Positions 11,601 through 22,200 of a stretch of DNA of 64,000 nucleotides are shown one piece after another (the first letter of the stretch is position 1; each line of letters begins with the position of its first letter). The stretch lies in the sequence record NC_015287.1. One strand, written 5' to 3'. The notes beneath the pieces were generated by a model, which saw nothing but the letters and a program-made list of their open reading frames with translations, ran no database searches and was not told the origin of the DNA. Position numbers and translations under genes: made by a program.

Positions 11601-14600
11601 TGTTGATAAGGTCATTGATGATCACACTTATGTTGTCAATGTAGGTATCTCTACAGTAGATCACATCTATGCAAGAGGTGGTATCTCACAACAGGGTAAG
11701 AGAATCGCTGCTTCTGATGAAATTGGGTTCTCTGGATTTGACGTTATTGAAAAAATTGATGCTGGTAAGTTTAGAGTCAATGCTGGACTTACAACTGAAA
11801 TCGCACTCTTCAAGAGAGGTGGTAGAATTGATAAACCAGTATTCCTTGATATCACAGAACCAGATGGATACTTTAACAGAGACCTAGAATACATTTCTGG
11901 ATCAACTGGAATCGGAACAAATGCAGTTGTCAACTTCCGTGTCAATGTAGATGGAAACATTGGTGAATTTGATCTTATCGAAGAAGGAACAGCATATAAG
12001 GTTGATGAAGTTCTAACTGTTTCTGGTATCATGACCAACCCCAGAGTTGGTGTTCTAACTGAATTCCAATTAACAGTTCAAGAACTAGAAAATGATACAT
12101 TCTCTGGATTCTATCCAGGCCAGTTCATTCTGTTTGATGATATTTCTGAGTTCTTCAATGGTAATCGTAAGAAGTTTACTTTATCTGTGACAACTAGCGG
12201 TGTTACTGAGATCTTAAGTCTTAAGACTCTGCCTGGTAGTGATATGGATATTACAAATAATATCTTCATCTACATTAATGATATCTTACAGACTCCACAA
12301 TCTTCTTACACCTTTAAAGGTAGTAGAGTCATCTTTACTGAAGCACCAAAACAAGATTCTAAGTGTTCTGTATTCTACTTCAGAGGATCTAAGAGAGACG
12401 TTGAGACTGTTGAACCAGTTGCATCTGTTAAGGCTGGTGATATTGTTCAAATTAAAGAGAATAGAATCAACCCTGCTGACATTGATCAGTTTGAAAGAAC
12501 AGGTAAGAGAATCGTTGCTTCTGATGTTCTTGAAACATTCTCTTACAATAGTATTGGTATTGACACTAACACTGCTGCTGAAAGACCACTATCTTGGGAG
12601 AAACAAAGACAAGACCAGATTCTTTCTGGTGTTCTAATCTCTAAAGCAAGACCAGGCTTGAAGAGTAAGGTTCTTCCTACAACTAGAATTATTAGAAATG
12701 TTGGTGAACTGGATGATTCGATTTATGTGAACAATGCTTTCCCTGTGTTCAATGCGATTGACTTGTTAGTACAGTCTGAGAGAAATGTTCAGATATTTGA
12801 AGATAATGAAATTGCACCAGGCGTTGTTACATCTGTTGTTTCTACATCCTCTAGTATTTCTGCTCTAACTATTGGTTATGGTGGTACAGGATATACAATT
12901 TCAAATCCAACTGTTGCAATTTCTAGTGCATTGATTGAACGTAAAGATCCTATTTCTGCGTGGGAGTTTGATGCGATCAGTGGTATTACATCAGCTATTG
13001 AATTTAGAGCAATCACTAAAGAAGATCCATACGTTGCTGTTGGTTCAAGTAGTTTCTACATCAACACTAAGAGTGGAACATTCTGGGAAAGAGGTAGAAT
13101 CGGATTTGGTGGAACTATTACATTCAACGGAGTTGGTGTTGGAAATAGTGGAACTGCTGATGTTCATGTCATGGCAGTAGGTGAGTTTGCATCCATGGCT
13201 AGAGCAGTTGCGATTGGTAACAGTATTAGTACATGGACTCCTATTGATCTAAAAGAACAAAGACAAATCCCTGCAATTAACCAAGTAAGTACATTCGATA
13301 GTACCTACACTGGACATTTCAATGATGTTATCTGGGAGGGAACTAGGAATACATGGGTTGCTGTTGGTGCTGCTGGAACTATCTTTAGTGCAGTTGGTCT
13401 TACAACTGGTGAAGCGTTCAGTCAATTCTCAGGAACATTACAAAATCTAAATGCAGTTTGTTATGGACAGTCAGAATACATTGCCGTTGGTAATGGTGGT
13501 GTAATTCTTGCATCTAATGATGGAACTGGATGGGCAGATAAGACAAGTAATACTGTCTTTGATTTGAATGACATCATCTATGATGGTAATAGATTTATTG
13601 TTGTGGGTGACAGTGGTACTATTGGTATTTCAACTGACAAAAACTTCTGGCAACCTTGGAGTCAACAGTTGCCTGCTGGAACAGTTAGCCCTGCAACGTT
13701 TGACTTTGCTAAAATTAAATTCGTTGATAATTTCTACGTTGGTATTTCCACAGTTGGTGATCTTTACTACTCCTTTGACCTTGCAAACTGGAACGAGAGA
13801 CCTGTTGCTCATAGTAATGAAATTCGTGATCTTGTTCAAACACCTTATGGTGATTTTGCAAGTACAAGAGTTATTGCTGTTGGTTCTGGAACTACAAACT
13901 TCTATGCAGATCCAGTTATCAACAGAGCAACTGCAACCGCATCCGTAACTTCTGGTGTAATTACATCCATCAATATCACTGATGGTGGATTTGGTTACAG
14001 GGTTGGAAGTAGTCCACCTGTGATTGTGGAATCTGATGCAACGAAGAGAGAAGATTTATTCTCTGTTGATGCAGAAGGCGACTTTGGTGACATTGTAGGA
14101 ATAAATACATGGTTGCCAGGATCTGCAAACGTATTACCAAGATTGGCTTTTACTCTTAAGTCTCAGTTCAACGATAATACTAATTTGGGATATGGTTATT
14201 CTTCACTAAATTCTCTTGGTGTTGAATATTCTGGACTACAAAAAGGTGATTTCTTCACCATCTACGATAGTTCATTAGTTGTTGGTCACGCACTGACTGG
14301 TATTACTACATCTAGTGGTGCAAACGAAGTTGTTGGTATGGTCACTGCTGGAGATTATCTTGGTGGTGTATTCAGAGTTGAACAAATCACAACAGGAGAT
14401 GCAATTTCTGGATTAGTTACAGTCACATGTGCTTTCCAGCCAGGTCCTACTCCTTACGGAAACAATACAATTCAAGTTGGTGTTGGCACAACAGCAACTA
14501 CTGATACCTTCTGGGGTAAATATAGTTGGGGTAAATTACTAGGATATCAGAATCGTGGTGCTGGTAATCCTACTAGCTTCCTTGTCAATACTATGAATGG

Positions 14601-14655
14601 AAATGTTGGATTATCCACTGCTGCGGTGGTGTCCAGAAAGAAACCACTAACTTAA
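5650..14655 (+). CDS. Giant (3001 aa) repeat-rich virion/baseplate structural protein
   Basis: Long ORF, rich in Thr/Gly/Val; 12 C..D...YP[RK]..DP repeats; C-terminal BNR/beta-propeller-like repeats (YIAVGNGGVILASNDGTGW); immediately precedes gp8. Confidence 0.85.
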   Translation: MSTRVTPGSGALLRPSFNSVYGVVNVEVLDGGSGYAKTDPPKIIIEGTTTPLTEGVFFPVISGLGTISEVIIFKTGAGYYPVFSTSTQSQVVVERGAFGTISTSHSVGTAYSVYTGDYNIIDDNIFFTDAPYGQAGPIGLQTSSSFAGRLFSRKLDPFDPKDKNVILDDIALEFTGVAGTQFDLSENLGVVTALYNSVNTGVDINNNPFILINNVVQTPGLDFEIVDNADNKINFLSGVPRAGRINKVGLQTGAGYYLPLKAAARVGVGSTGSLQFIQLEGKGQGYRNPPEVTVRSSQGYGASISAQMGTSAGSAVAISTADYNHITGVCTFVTGGTSHGFVENDLVRITGAGFTFTPVSANRNINTFGYDYITGIATIGVSGGHYIGTATNRSRSLVVKQVQVTNGITTYLFREDAYPIVEVIDSLNVLVDCGVSTQPLTYVSGGLVQAGVDTAIMEGRNVIGFDVLSGHTTNTFRAFVGVSTFEHNYVGGGVVNRAEAGIVTNFTIVEGGTGFFAPKTVGFLDGTPVNGITTVTAYGNKSGDEKNINALEYDAVSGIATITSSSAHGLTTSNVVKLSGIAFSTGIGDIIFPSNANRYFGVVGVASDLNFTVNIGAAMTTTGIHTANVGAGIGSFIPYEGHGLETDDFVNVTGIAVTFTSAPSVRVGGVEYDETSGIATIFTRDRHNLTEDDCVILSGIGFTCDYDPSIGIGTAQYNNVTGIMTVTTIASHGYKVGKDVILSGLAFTCSIDNGARFHYYPRSRSTAYDTSLPITGYAGTALSIDVGAAPPKDQYTHQFSEAINGALVYGGDYDHTFIRAVDGALLTGGPFAHSFIGATATSTFAGGDYAHTYVSSDDKTIKTGGDYAHTFDSAITNAITVPGIGGLFTPTNADYTPSTGSLIITVPGHGLSGPSQHSITTANYNPLVGILTITVPNHGFSNGDQVLIADNSIGWKCSLDGFTTTKYYPRNTDTLSNTWVPISNVSTNTFEVFAGITTRVDYTVSAADYTPTTGIMTMSIGTHDLRAGQSFKFKPESLGFTCRADNYTRIKYYPRSKDPVYETAVPIVSVAGTTITTQVGITTEVKYNIRFAAYTPQTGIMTVSLDRLHNFQVGEAIKFKPGSIVFKCEQDAFQTNHFYPRPTDPYYEKTVDIVGAAGTLFTVNVGPTTSSQIYSFVPNQGVAVEAVIAGGDYPYQLNGIGTDAVITGGGDYTPYWYQNSTTGAVQRPTQKVGVVTGGLSFKCAKDNYATVHAYPRPTDPIHNLDVGIVSATSNTFEIRVGVSTIRERGISTSVYNPATGELTMTVGAGHSYINESSHTISTATYNTSTGVLEPTIANHGFVAGEYVKFDLGSISFTCDLDGNVASKAYPRYSDPYLNKWLPIYNVGVNTFSVYVGIATLGGNHTFVSATSGGLKKARDTVGINTGSIVFTCARDDHATEHAYPRSYDPIGSNVSVGIGSTSATTLTINVGVSTIVNYGIATAAYTPTTGIMTVFSNIHGLNGAYDDKTIQFATYDAISGIMTVTTNQPHGMITGNRVNFKRDSIRFRCMMDQRKSIKSYPRAKDPSDQQWLSVTGISTNQFSVDVGTSPLVYHSPTSGSYDPFTGLMTVDIGSHTLRKGTGVKLKTRGFKFTCALDNHATNHFYPRASGISGPDPAYNTSVKITSTTDTTITLDVGKSSNQSEHIFVSAASSSVISGGNYIHTFENADLDSMLIARDTVGLATNSYTWRCAQDNYATDHTYPRTTDPIHDVEVGIVSTTLDTFTMNVGITSRVKFNVTNATYDPNSGLVTMTTDSSHGLSTTTAVGLVTNGFVYTCTMDQNSTEHAYPRTTDPAHDTSLYPTAVTSNNVTVNVGVSTRVEYNINHADYNDVVGIMTMFLPTAHGITTAAGVPRNVKLKNESIYFTCSKDNYATAHVYPKGGDPYYNGSIVNRVIDNNNIEIQVGPSTTPSFYNGGGIIQGAILAPRLRNNSPSGEDFASGGTFVDKVIDDHTYVVNVGISTVDHIYARGGISQQGKRIAASDEIGFSGFDVIEKIDAGKFRVNAGLTTEIALFKRGGRIDKPVFLDITEPDGYFNRDLEYISGSTGIGTNAVVNFRVNVDGNIGEFDLIEEGTAYKVDEVLTVSGIMTNPRVGVLTEFQLTVQELENDTFSGFYPGQFILFDDISEFFNGNRKKFTLSVTTSGVTEILSLKTLPGSDMDITNNIFIYINDILQTPQSSYTFKGSRVIFTEAPKQDSKCSVFYFRGSKRDVETVEPVASVKAGDIVQIKENRINPADIDQFERTGKRIVASDVLETFSYNSIGIDTNTAAERPLSWEKQRQDQILSGVLISKARPGLKSKVLPTTRIIRNVGELDDSIYVNNAFPVFNAIDLLVQSERNVQIFEDNEIAPGVVTSVVSTSSSISALTIGYGGTGYTISNPTVAISSALIERKDPISAWEFDAISGITSAIEFRAITKEDPYVAVGSSSFYINTKSGTFWERGRIGFGGTITFNGVGVGNSGTADVHVMAVGEFASMARAVAIGNSISTWTPIDLKEQRQIPAINQVSTFDSTYTGHFNDVIWEGTRNTWVAVGAAGTIFSAVGLTTGEAFSQFSGTLQNLNAVCYGQSEYIAVGNGGVILASNDGTGWADKTSNTVFDLNDIIYDGNRFIVVGDSGTIGISTDKNFWQPWSQQLPAGTVSPATFDFAKIKFVDNFYVGISTVGDLYYSFDLANWNERPVAHSNEIRDLVQTPYGDFASTRVIAVGSGTTNFYADPVINRATATASVTSGVITSINITDGGFGYRVGSSPPVIVESDATKREDLFSVDAEGDFGDIVGINTWLPGSANVLPRLAFTLKSQFNDNTNLGYGYSSLNSLGVEYSGLQKGDFFTIYDSSLVVGHALTGITTSSGANEVVGMVTAGDYLGGVFRVEQITTGDAISGLVTVTCAFQPGPTPYGNNTIQVGVGTTATTDTFWGKYSWGKLLGYQNRGAGNPTSFLVNTMNGNVGLSTAAVVSRKKPLT
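7880..11430 (+). repeat. Twelve degenerate ~100-aa protein repeats with a [FWY]xCxxD...YP[RK]xxDP core
   Basis: Examples: FTCRADNYTRIKYYPRSKDP, FKCAKDNYATVHAYPRPTDP, WRCAQDNYATDHTYPRTTDP, YTCTMDQNSTEHAYPRTTDP, FTCSKDNYATAHVYPKGGDP. Confidence 0.85.
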
Positions 14656-14657
14656 CC

Positions 14658-14665
14658 ACTAAATA
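14658..14665 (+). promoter_or_regulatory. Late promoter variant ACTAAATA
   Basis: Intergenic, upstream of gp8; the same variant precedes gp13 and gp19. Confidence 0.65.
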
Positions 14666-14689
14666 AACCTAAAGACTAGTTTTTTTAAA

Positions 14690-16285
14690 ATGCCTGCTAT
14701 TATATCCGAACAGTTTAGGATTCTGAACGCCGAGACTTTTGTACAAAGTTTTGTTGGGGTCGGATCTACAGTAAACAAATACTATGCCTTCATGGGACTT
14801 CCCAATTCTGTGGAGCCAAAGGCAGGCGGTACTGCCACATGGGCTACAAATACTCCTTCACCTTTAGATGGATTTGAAGAAGAATATTCTATCAAAGAAT
14901 CTATCATTGCGATGAAGAAAGTTACTGACAAAGATGTTCGCAGACTTGTCAGAAAAGTATCATGGGTGGCTGGTACTACATATGAAATGTATAGACATGA
15001 TTATAACATCTATAATTTAACACCTATTACTAGTCAAGGTAGTCTGTACGATGCTAATTATTATGTTGTTAATGAAGACCTGAAAGTTTACATTTGTCTA
15101 CAAAATGGATCAGACCCAGAGAACCCGAAGGGTAGGCCATCATATGACCAACCCACATTTGTTGACCTTGAGCCAAGAGCAGCTGGCACTAGTGGCGATG
15201 GTTATGTTTGGAAATACCTTTACACGATTAAACCTAGTGAAATTGTTAAATTTGACTCTATTGAATACATACCAGTGCCCGAAAACTGGGGTAACCAAGG
15301 CGAGACTGTTGCTACTAAGGCAAACGCTATAGATGGAAAGATTGAAGTGGTTGTGGTTAATGATAGAGGTTCTAACTACCAACCAATCTCAACCTCATTT
15401 GCGAATGTTCCCATTCTGGGAGATGGGTCAGGAGGAAAGGCTACTATTACGATTGACTCTTTCGGAAAAGTATCTGAAGTATTTGTTACTGACGGAGGAG
15501 AAGGATACACTCATGGATCCATCCAGTTTTTCCCAGGCGCTCCAGGCAGTGAGTCTGGCGGAGTACTTGCTAACCTTACCAATACAGGTATCGGAACAAC
15601 ATCGGTAGCAAACTTTAGTGTCATCATTCCTCCGAAGGGTGGACATGGATATGACGTTTATAGAGAATTAGGAGCATACAGAGCTCTACTTTATTCTAGA
15701 TTTGAAACTCTCGAAACTAACCCTGATATTATTGAAGGTAACGATTTTGCTAGGGTTGGATTGATAAAGAATCCCACTGTATTTGGTAGTAACACAGAAT
15801 TACTAGACACTGCCATGGTGAGTGGATTAAAAGCTTTGAAACTTGGTGGTATTACTACTGCAACAACCTATGCCGTTGACTCTGAGATTACACAGACAGT
15901 TGGTGTGGGATCTACTGCGATTGGATATGTTGCATCTTGGGATAAAGTTACAGGAGTGTTGAAGTATTATCAACCAATGGGTCTTGCTTCTAGTGAAACT
16001 GGATACAAGATTATTCCATTTACTTCTGTTCCTGATGCAGGCTATGGAGTTACGATTAATGGATCATCTGTTTCTGGATCGTTATTATCCATTGATACCA
16101 ATTATAACGGTGTCAGTACCTCAATAAATAATAAGACCTACCAATTAGGTATGAGTTTCACTTCTGGTATATCATCAGCGGAATTCAATACCAAATCGGG
16201 TGAAATAATCTATATTGATAATCGAACTGCGATTCCTAGATCTGCAAGTCAGAAGGAAGACATCAAGATAGTACTGGAGTTCTAA
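14690..16285 (+). CDS. gp8: Baseplate wedge subunit gp8
   Basis: MPAIISEQFRILNA start, YRHDY, VYICLQNG, DGYVWKYLYTI and C-terminal QKEDIKIVLEF, typical of T4-like gp8. Confidence 0.9.
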   Translation: MPAIISEQFRILNAETFVQSFVGVGSTVNKYYAFMGLPNSVEPKAGGTATWATNTPSPLDGFEEEYSIKESIIAMKKVTDKDVRRLVRKVSWVAGTTYEMYRHDYNIYNLTPITSQGSLYDANYYVVNEDLKVYICLQNGSDPENPKGRPSYDQPTFVDLEPRAAGTSGDGYVWKYLYTIKPSEIVKFDSIEYIPVPENWGNQGETVATKANAIDGKIEVVVVNDRGSNYQPISTSFANVPILGDGSGGKATITIDSFGKVSEVFVTDGGEGYTHGSIQFFPGAPGSESGGVLANLTNTGIGTTSVANFSVIIPPKGGHGYDVYRELGAYRALLYSRFETLETNPDIIEGNDFARVGLIKNPTVFGSNTELLDTAMVSGLKALKLGGITTATTYAVDSEITQTVGVGSTAIGYVASWDKVTGVLKYYQPMGLASSETGYKIIPFTSVPDAGYGVTINGSSVSGSLLSIDTNYNGVSTSINNKTYQLGMSFTSGISSAEFNTKSGEIIYIDNRTAIPRSASQKEDIKIVLEF

Positions 16286-16291
16286 AGACAA

Positions 16292-19200
16292 ATGCCACAA
16301 AATACTAACTTAAATTCATCTCCATACTTTGATGATTTTAATGAGTTAAAAAACTATCAAAGGGTACTATTCAAACCAGGCTTACCTGTACAGTCTAGGG
16401 AACTCACAACACTTCAATCTATTCTACAGAATCAGGTTGAAAAATTTGGTAAGCACTTCTTCAAAGAAGGATCTGTTGTCATTCCAGGCCAGATTGCCTA
16501 TGATGCAGAATATACTTGTGTACAGATTGATGACAGTCACTTAGGTATTCCTGTTTCTGCTTATCTGGAGAACTTGATAGGAAAGAAAATTAAGGGTGAG
16601 ACAAGTGGTGTCACTGCTAAGGTAGAAACTTATATTACAAATAGAACATCAGTCAAAGGGTCATATACCCTTTATATCAAATACAATAGTTCTAGTGATA
16701 CTGATTTCTCAAGAAAGACTTTTGCAGACGGAGAAAACTTATTACTAGAAGAGGATATGAACTATTCTCTGTCTAGTATTAGACAGGGTGCTAGTTTTGC
16801 AACAACACTTATTTCAAATGCAGTTGCAACTGGTGCTGCAGCAAAGATTGCTCAAGGTGTTTACTTCCTCAGAGGTTTCTTTGTAACTGTTGCTGATAGT
16901 ACAGTTATCCTAGATCAATATAGCAATACACCTTCATACAGAGTCGGTCTTTTAATCAAAGAAGAACTTGTAACTGCTTCTGCTTCTGATAATGATCTGT
17001 ATGATAATGCAAGAGGATTCTCAAACTTTGCAGCGCCTGGTGCTGATAGATTTAAACTCTCTACAACTCTAATTAAAAAGTCTCTTACAGACTTAAATGA
17101 TGAAAACTTTGTAGAGTTGATGAGAATTGAGAACGGTGTTCTCAGAAAATTTGTAAAAGCTGGTGCAGATAATTACAACTTAATTCGTGACGAACTTGCA
17201 AGAAGAACATATGATGAGTCTGGTCACTATTATATAAAACCATTCCCTCTAGTATCAAAAGAATGTCTTAATAACAGAGTAGGAAATGATGGTGCATTTT
17301 ATTCCAATCAATTAACTCAGCAGGGTAATGTTCCTACTGAGGATTTGATGTGTTTATCCATCGGACCTGGCAAGGCATATGTCAAGGGATACGAGATTGA
17401 AACACTCAATACAACCACTGTTGATGTTCCTAAACCAAGAGATACTGCAAAGATTGTAAATGAGTCTTTGCCTTTTAGTGTTGGTAGACAGATTGAAGTT
17501 AATAATGTTTATGGTTCTCCACTCATCGGTATCAGTACAAGTTCTTATGTAAAATTATTCAACGAAAGAACATCTACTGTTGGTACATCAAACGGTGAAC
17601 AGATTGGTGTTGCCAGAGTTTATGATATGAAGTTGAAGAATGTTGGTTATGCCGACTCTTCTACAGTATTTGAGACATCTCTGTATGACATTCAGACGTT
17701 CACATATCTACAATTAAATACTGGAACGACTGTACAATGTCCAACCTATGTTACTGGTCAAAATAGTAACGCTACAGGATACGCATATACTTCAGCAAAT
17801 AATTCTACACAGTTGACCTTATATCAGGTTAACGGACAATTCCAAGTTGGTGAAGAATTATTCTTCAATGGTGTGACATCAAATAGAAGTGTCACAGAGG
17901 TAGAAGATTATGGCGTAGAGGATATCAAACAGATTGTTAGTAACGATCCTACAAACTATCCATTCACAGCTGATCCTATTCTTAATCTTGGACATCTGAT
18001 CGCTCCTGTTGCAACTCAGTTTACTGTGAGTGCAGCAGTTGGTGGAGCATCTACAATATCATCTCCTAGTGCTAGTTTTGCAAATTCTGGTATCAAGACT
18101 GGAGACATCATTCAGTACAGTGTTGCTGGTAATAGTGTTCCCACATTTAACAGAGTTACTGGTACAACTGCAATCGCAATTAGTCTTGAGGCAACTACAG
18201 ACGTTGAGAATGTTTGTTCTGGTGCATTACCTACATCACAGGTATCTGCAAACGATCTATTCAAAGTAACATTAGAAGTTAAGAATAACTCATCTGCTTT
18301 CTTATTCAGTGAGTTGACTAAACCTAATGTTGCCTCTGTTGATCTAAATGGTGCAGATGTCATCTTTAAAAAATCTTATGACGTTACTGTTTCAAGTAAT
18401 GCGTTTAGTGGAACGTTAGAAACTGATGCTGATTTAACTCTTGAACCATTCGATGAAGAAGATTATAACCTTACATTCAAGACGACTGGTAAAACTGAGA
18501 ATCTAACAGATCAAAAACTTACTGTCAGTGGTAGAACTGTAACCTTATCTGGTTTGGACACTGCCTCTGGTGCTGCTGTATTGACAGTTACTTGGAAGAA
18601 AGTAAATGTAAAACCAAAATCAAAAGTATTTAAGAGAGCAACAACATATACCTTAAATAAATCCGCAAAAACCCAGTCAGGCACTGGATTAATGAAGTTA
18701 AATGATGGACTTACTTATGACACAACATTTGGTAATAGAGTCCAAGATGATAGACTTTCTCTTGGAGTTTGTGATGTTGCAGAAGTTCTTGCTGTATTAG
18801 AATCTTCATCAACTGCTGATCCCCAGTTCCCAATCTTACAACTTACTAATCTAAACTCCAATATTCTCAATGCTGTAGTTGGTGAGAATATTGTTGGTAA
18901 GACATCTGGTGCATCTGCTGTATTTGTTGCAACTAATGGATCTAATGAAGTTAGTTTTGTATCTCAAAATGAGAATTCTTTTGAGATTGGTGAGGAAGTT
19001 ATTTTTGAAGAGACTCAAGTTGCTGGTGTAGTTCAGACTTTCATTCCAGGCGATAGAGACATTAAAAATAACTATGAGTTTGATCCAGGCCAAAGATTAG
19101 ACTATGTTGATTTCTCTGCATTAGTCAGAAAGTCTGGTACAGAAGCTCCTAGTAGAAGGATTACTATTGTTTATAATAACTTTGTTATCGATGAGGCCGA

Positions 19201-22200
19201 TCCAGGCGATTTTGTGACTGTAAACTCTTATGAGAAAAAATACTATAAGAGTGTGTTACCTTTTGTAGGTAGTATTCCTACATCTGATATTATTGACCTA
19301 AGACCTAGAGTTACATCTACCGTTGCTGGTAAGGCTCCTTGGGAATTTGAAGCAAGACAATTCACTCCAGGCACATCTTCTTCTTCTCATATTCTTGCTA
19401 AAGATAAGTCATTCAACTTATCCTATGAATACTATCTTGGAAGAATAGACAAGTTATTCTTGAGTAAGGAAGGTATCTTTACTTTATCTCAAGGTGTTCC
19501 TTCGGAGTTACCAAAACTTCCGAATACCATTGATAATGCTTTAGAAGTTGCAACTATTCAACTTCCTCCTTATCTTTATGATCCAGCGGATGCACAAATC
19601 ACAATCGCTAGACATAAACGATTCCGAATGAAGGATATCGCAAGTATTGAAAATAGAATCAAAAATATTGAGTATTATACTGCATTATCATTACTTGAAG
19701 TAGAGACTACAAATATGTCTCTTCGTGATCCACAAACTAATCTAGAAAGATTTAAGTCTGGATTCTTTGTTGATAACTTCAAGTCTGTAACTGGTGGTGA
19801 CGTAAACAACGGTTCATACAAAGCATCTGTGGATGCTAAAGAAGGTAGACTGAGACCACAACACTACACAACTTCTATCGACTTATTACTTGGATCAGAA
19901 GCGATTGTTGGTGCTGCAACATCTTCTAATCCTACTGCTGACTATAGATTTGTTGAAGATCTTGGTGATTCAAATGTCAAGAGAATTGGTGACGTTGTAT
20001 GTTTGAATTACAGTGATACTGTTTACCTAGAGAACAACTTTGCAACTCGTATTGAGAATGTAAACCCATTTGCTGTTGTAAACTGGATTGGTCAGGTTGA
20101 ACTGAATCCAGGCACTGACACATGGATTGAGACTAGAAGAACTGCTGCTACCTACGATATTGAAGGTAGTTTCAATTCTACAATGGGAATCACTGGTGCA
20201 GATAGTAACACTGGTCTTTCACCTGTTGATTGGGGTTCATGGGAAACAACTTGGACAGGATCAAGTACATCCACAGGACCTTCTCTCTTTAGTGAAACTA
20301 GAACCAGTGTAACTGGTAGATCTACTAGAAGAGGTGGATTTAGAAAAGGTCGTGGTATTCCTATCACTACAACAACTAACTTTAGAGATAGAACTACAAA
20401 CTTCAGAGAGCAAACAACTACAACCACTACTAACCAAACTAGAGCTGGTATCCAGTTCCGTGTTGGTGAAAGATTTGATACCACAAGTCTTGGCGACAAG
20501 GTTGTAAATACAGAAGTTATCGCTACAATGCGATCCAGAAACATTGAGTTTATCTGTAGAAGACTTAAGCCAAACACAAGATTATATCCATTCTTCGATA
20601 GTATTGACATGTCGAAGTATGTTGTACCTAAACTTATTGAGATTACAATGGTGAGTGGTACATTTGGTGCTGGTGAAGTTGTTGAAGGAAGTCGTCCTAA
20701 TACAAACAATGATGCAATTAGGTTTAGACTTGCAAACCAGAACCACAAATATGGTCCTTACAACAATCCTTCACAGGTCTATAAGCAGAATCCTTATGAC
20801 CCTGCTTCTAGTATCTCATCTACATATTCTTCTACCACAACATTATTAAACGTTGATACTGCATCTTTAGAACTTCAGGCTGCTTCTGGTTTCTACGGAT
20901 ATATCACTACTGGTATGAAGTTGATTGGTCAATCTAGTGGTGCTATCGCAACTGTGACTGCAATTAGATTGATTACAGATAAGGCAGGATCATTGATTGG
21001 ATCTCTATTCTTACCTGATCCTACAATTCCTTCCGCACCTACATTCAATACTGGTACTAAGACATTTACATTATCTTCGAGTCCTACTAACTCCACTATC
21101 TCTGGATTCACAGATAGTTCTGGTGAAGCAAACTTCACATCATCTGGTACACTCCAGACTGTTGAGTCTTCTACTCTCAGAATGAGAAATGCAGACGTAC
21201 AGAGAATCCCACAGTCTCAGGATAGAACTCTTACAGATACAAGTAGTAGAATTGTTATTGATAACACCTTTGCTAACAGATCCACTTCTCAGACTAGATG
21301 GGTTGACCCTCTTGCACAATCTTTTGAAGTTCCTGATGTCAATGGTGTATTCCTTACTAAGTGTGATGTTTACTTCCAAGCAAAGGATACAAACCAATTA
21401 CCTGTTACTTTACAAGTAAGAACACTTCAAACTGGTTTGCCTACTCAAGAAATCTTACCATTTGGTGAGTGTATTCTTGATCCTGATGAAGTTGTATTAT
21501 CAGATGATGGATCTAAACCGACAACGTTTACCTTCCCTGCACCTGTGTATTGTGAAGGTGGAGGAGAGTTTGCACTTGTTCTTCTTTCTGCATCTAACGA
21601 ATACTTCGTTTACATCTCTAGGATGGGTGAGGAAGATATTACAACACTCAATTCTGCTGACTCTGATAAAATTATTGTATCTCAACAACCTCTACTTGGA
21701 TCATTGTTCAAGTCACAGAACGGTGCTACATGGGATCCAAGTCAGTTAGAAGATCTTAAGTTCAATCTATACAGAGCAAACTTTACTTCAAGTTCTGGTA
21801 GAGTTAACTTCTACAACCCAGATCTTGAAGTTGGAAACAGACAGATTGTTTCTCTTGCTCCTAACCCTATTGACATGCTTTCATACAATGCAGTTGTCGG
21901 TTTAGGAAAGAGTTTGACTGCAACAGAACAAGCTGGATTGACAGAAGGAACAACTATCTATCAACAGGCAAATCCAAACTTTAGTGCAAATCTGAATAAA
22001 ATTCTTGGTGCAATCGGTGTTGGTAGTGATTTGACAATTACCAATGGTGGTAGTGGTTTTGCTGCAACATCTGTTGTTTACTCTAATGTACCTGTTAGTT
22101 CTCTATTTGGTAAGGGAACTGGTGCAACTGTCAACTTGACTGTATCGAATAGAGTTGCTACAGCTGCAACAGTTGCTATTGGTGGAACTGGATACTCTGC

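Noticed and set aside
20152-20748. 198-aa antisense ORF inside the DUF4815-like gene
   Set aside because: Mirror of a Thr/Arg-rich, Leu-poor stretch; no motif, no SD, typical antisense shadow.
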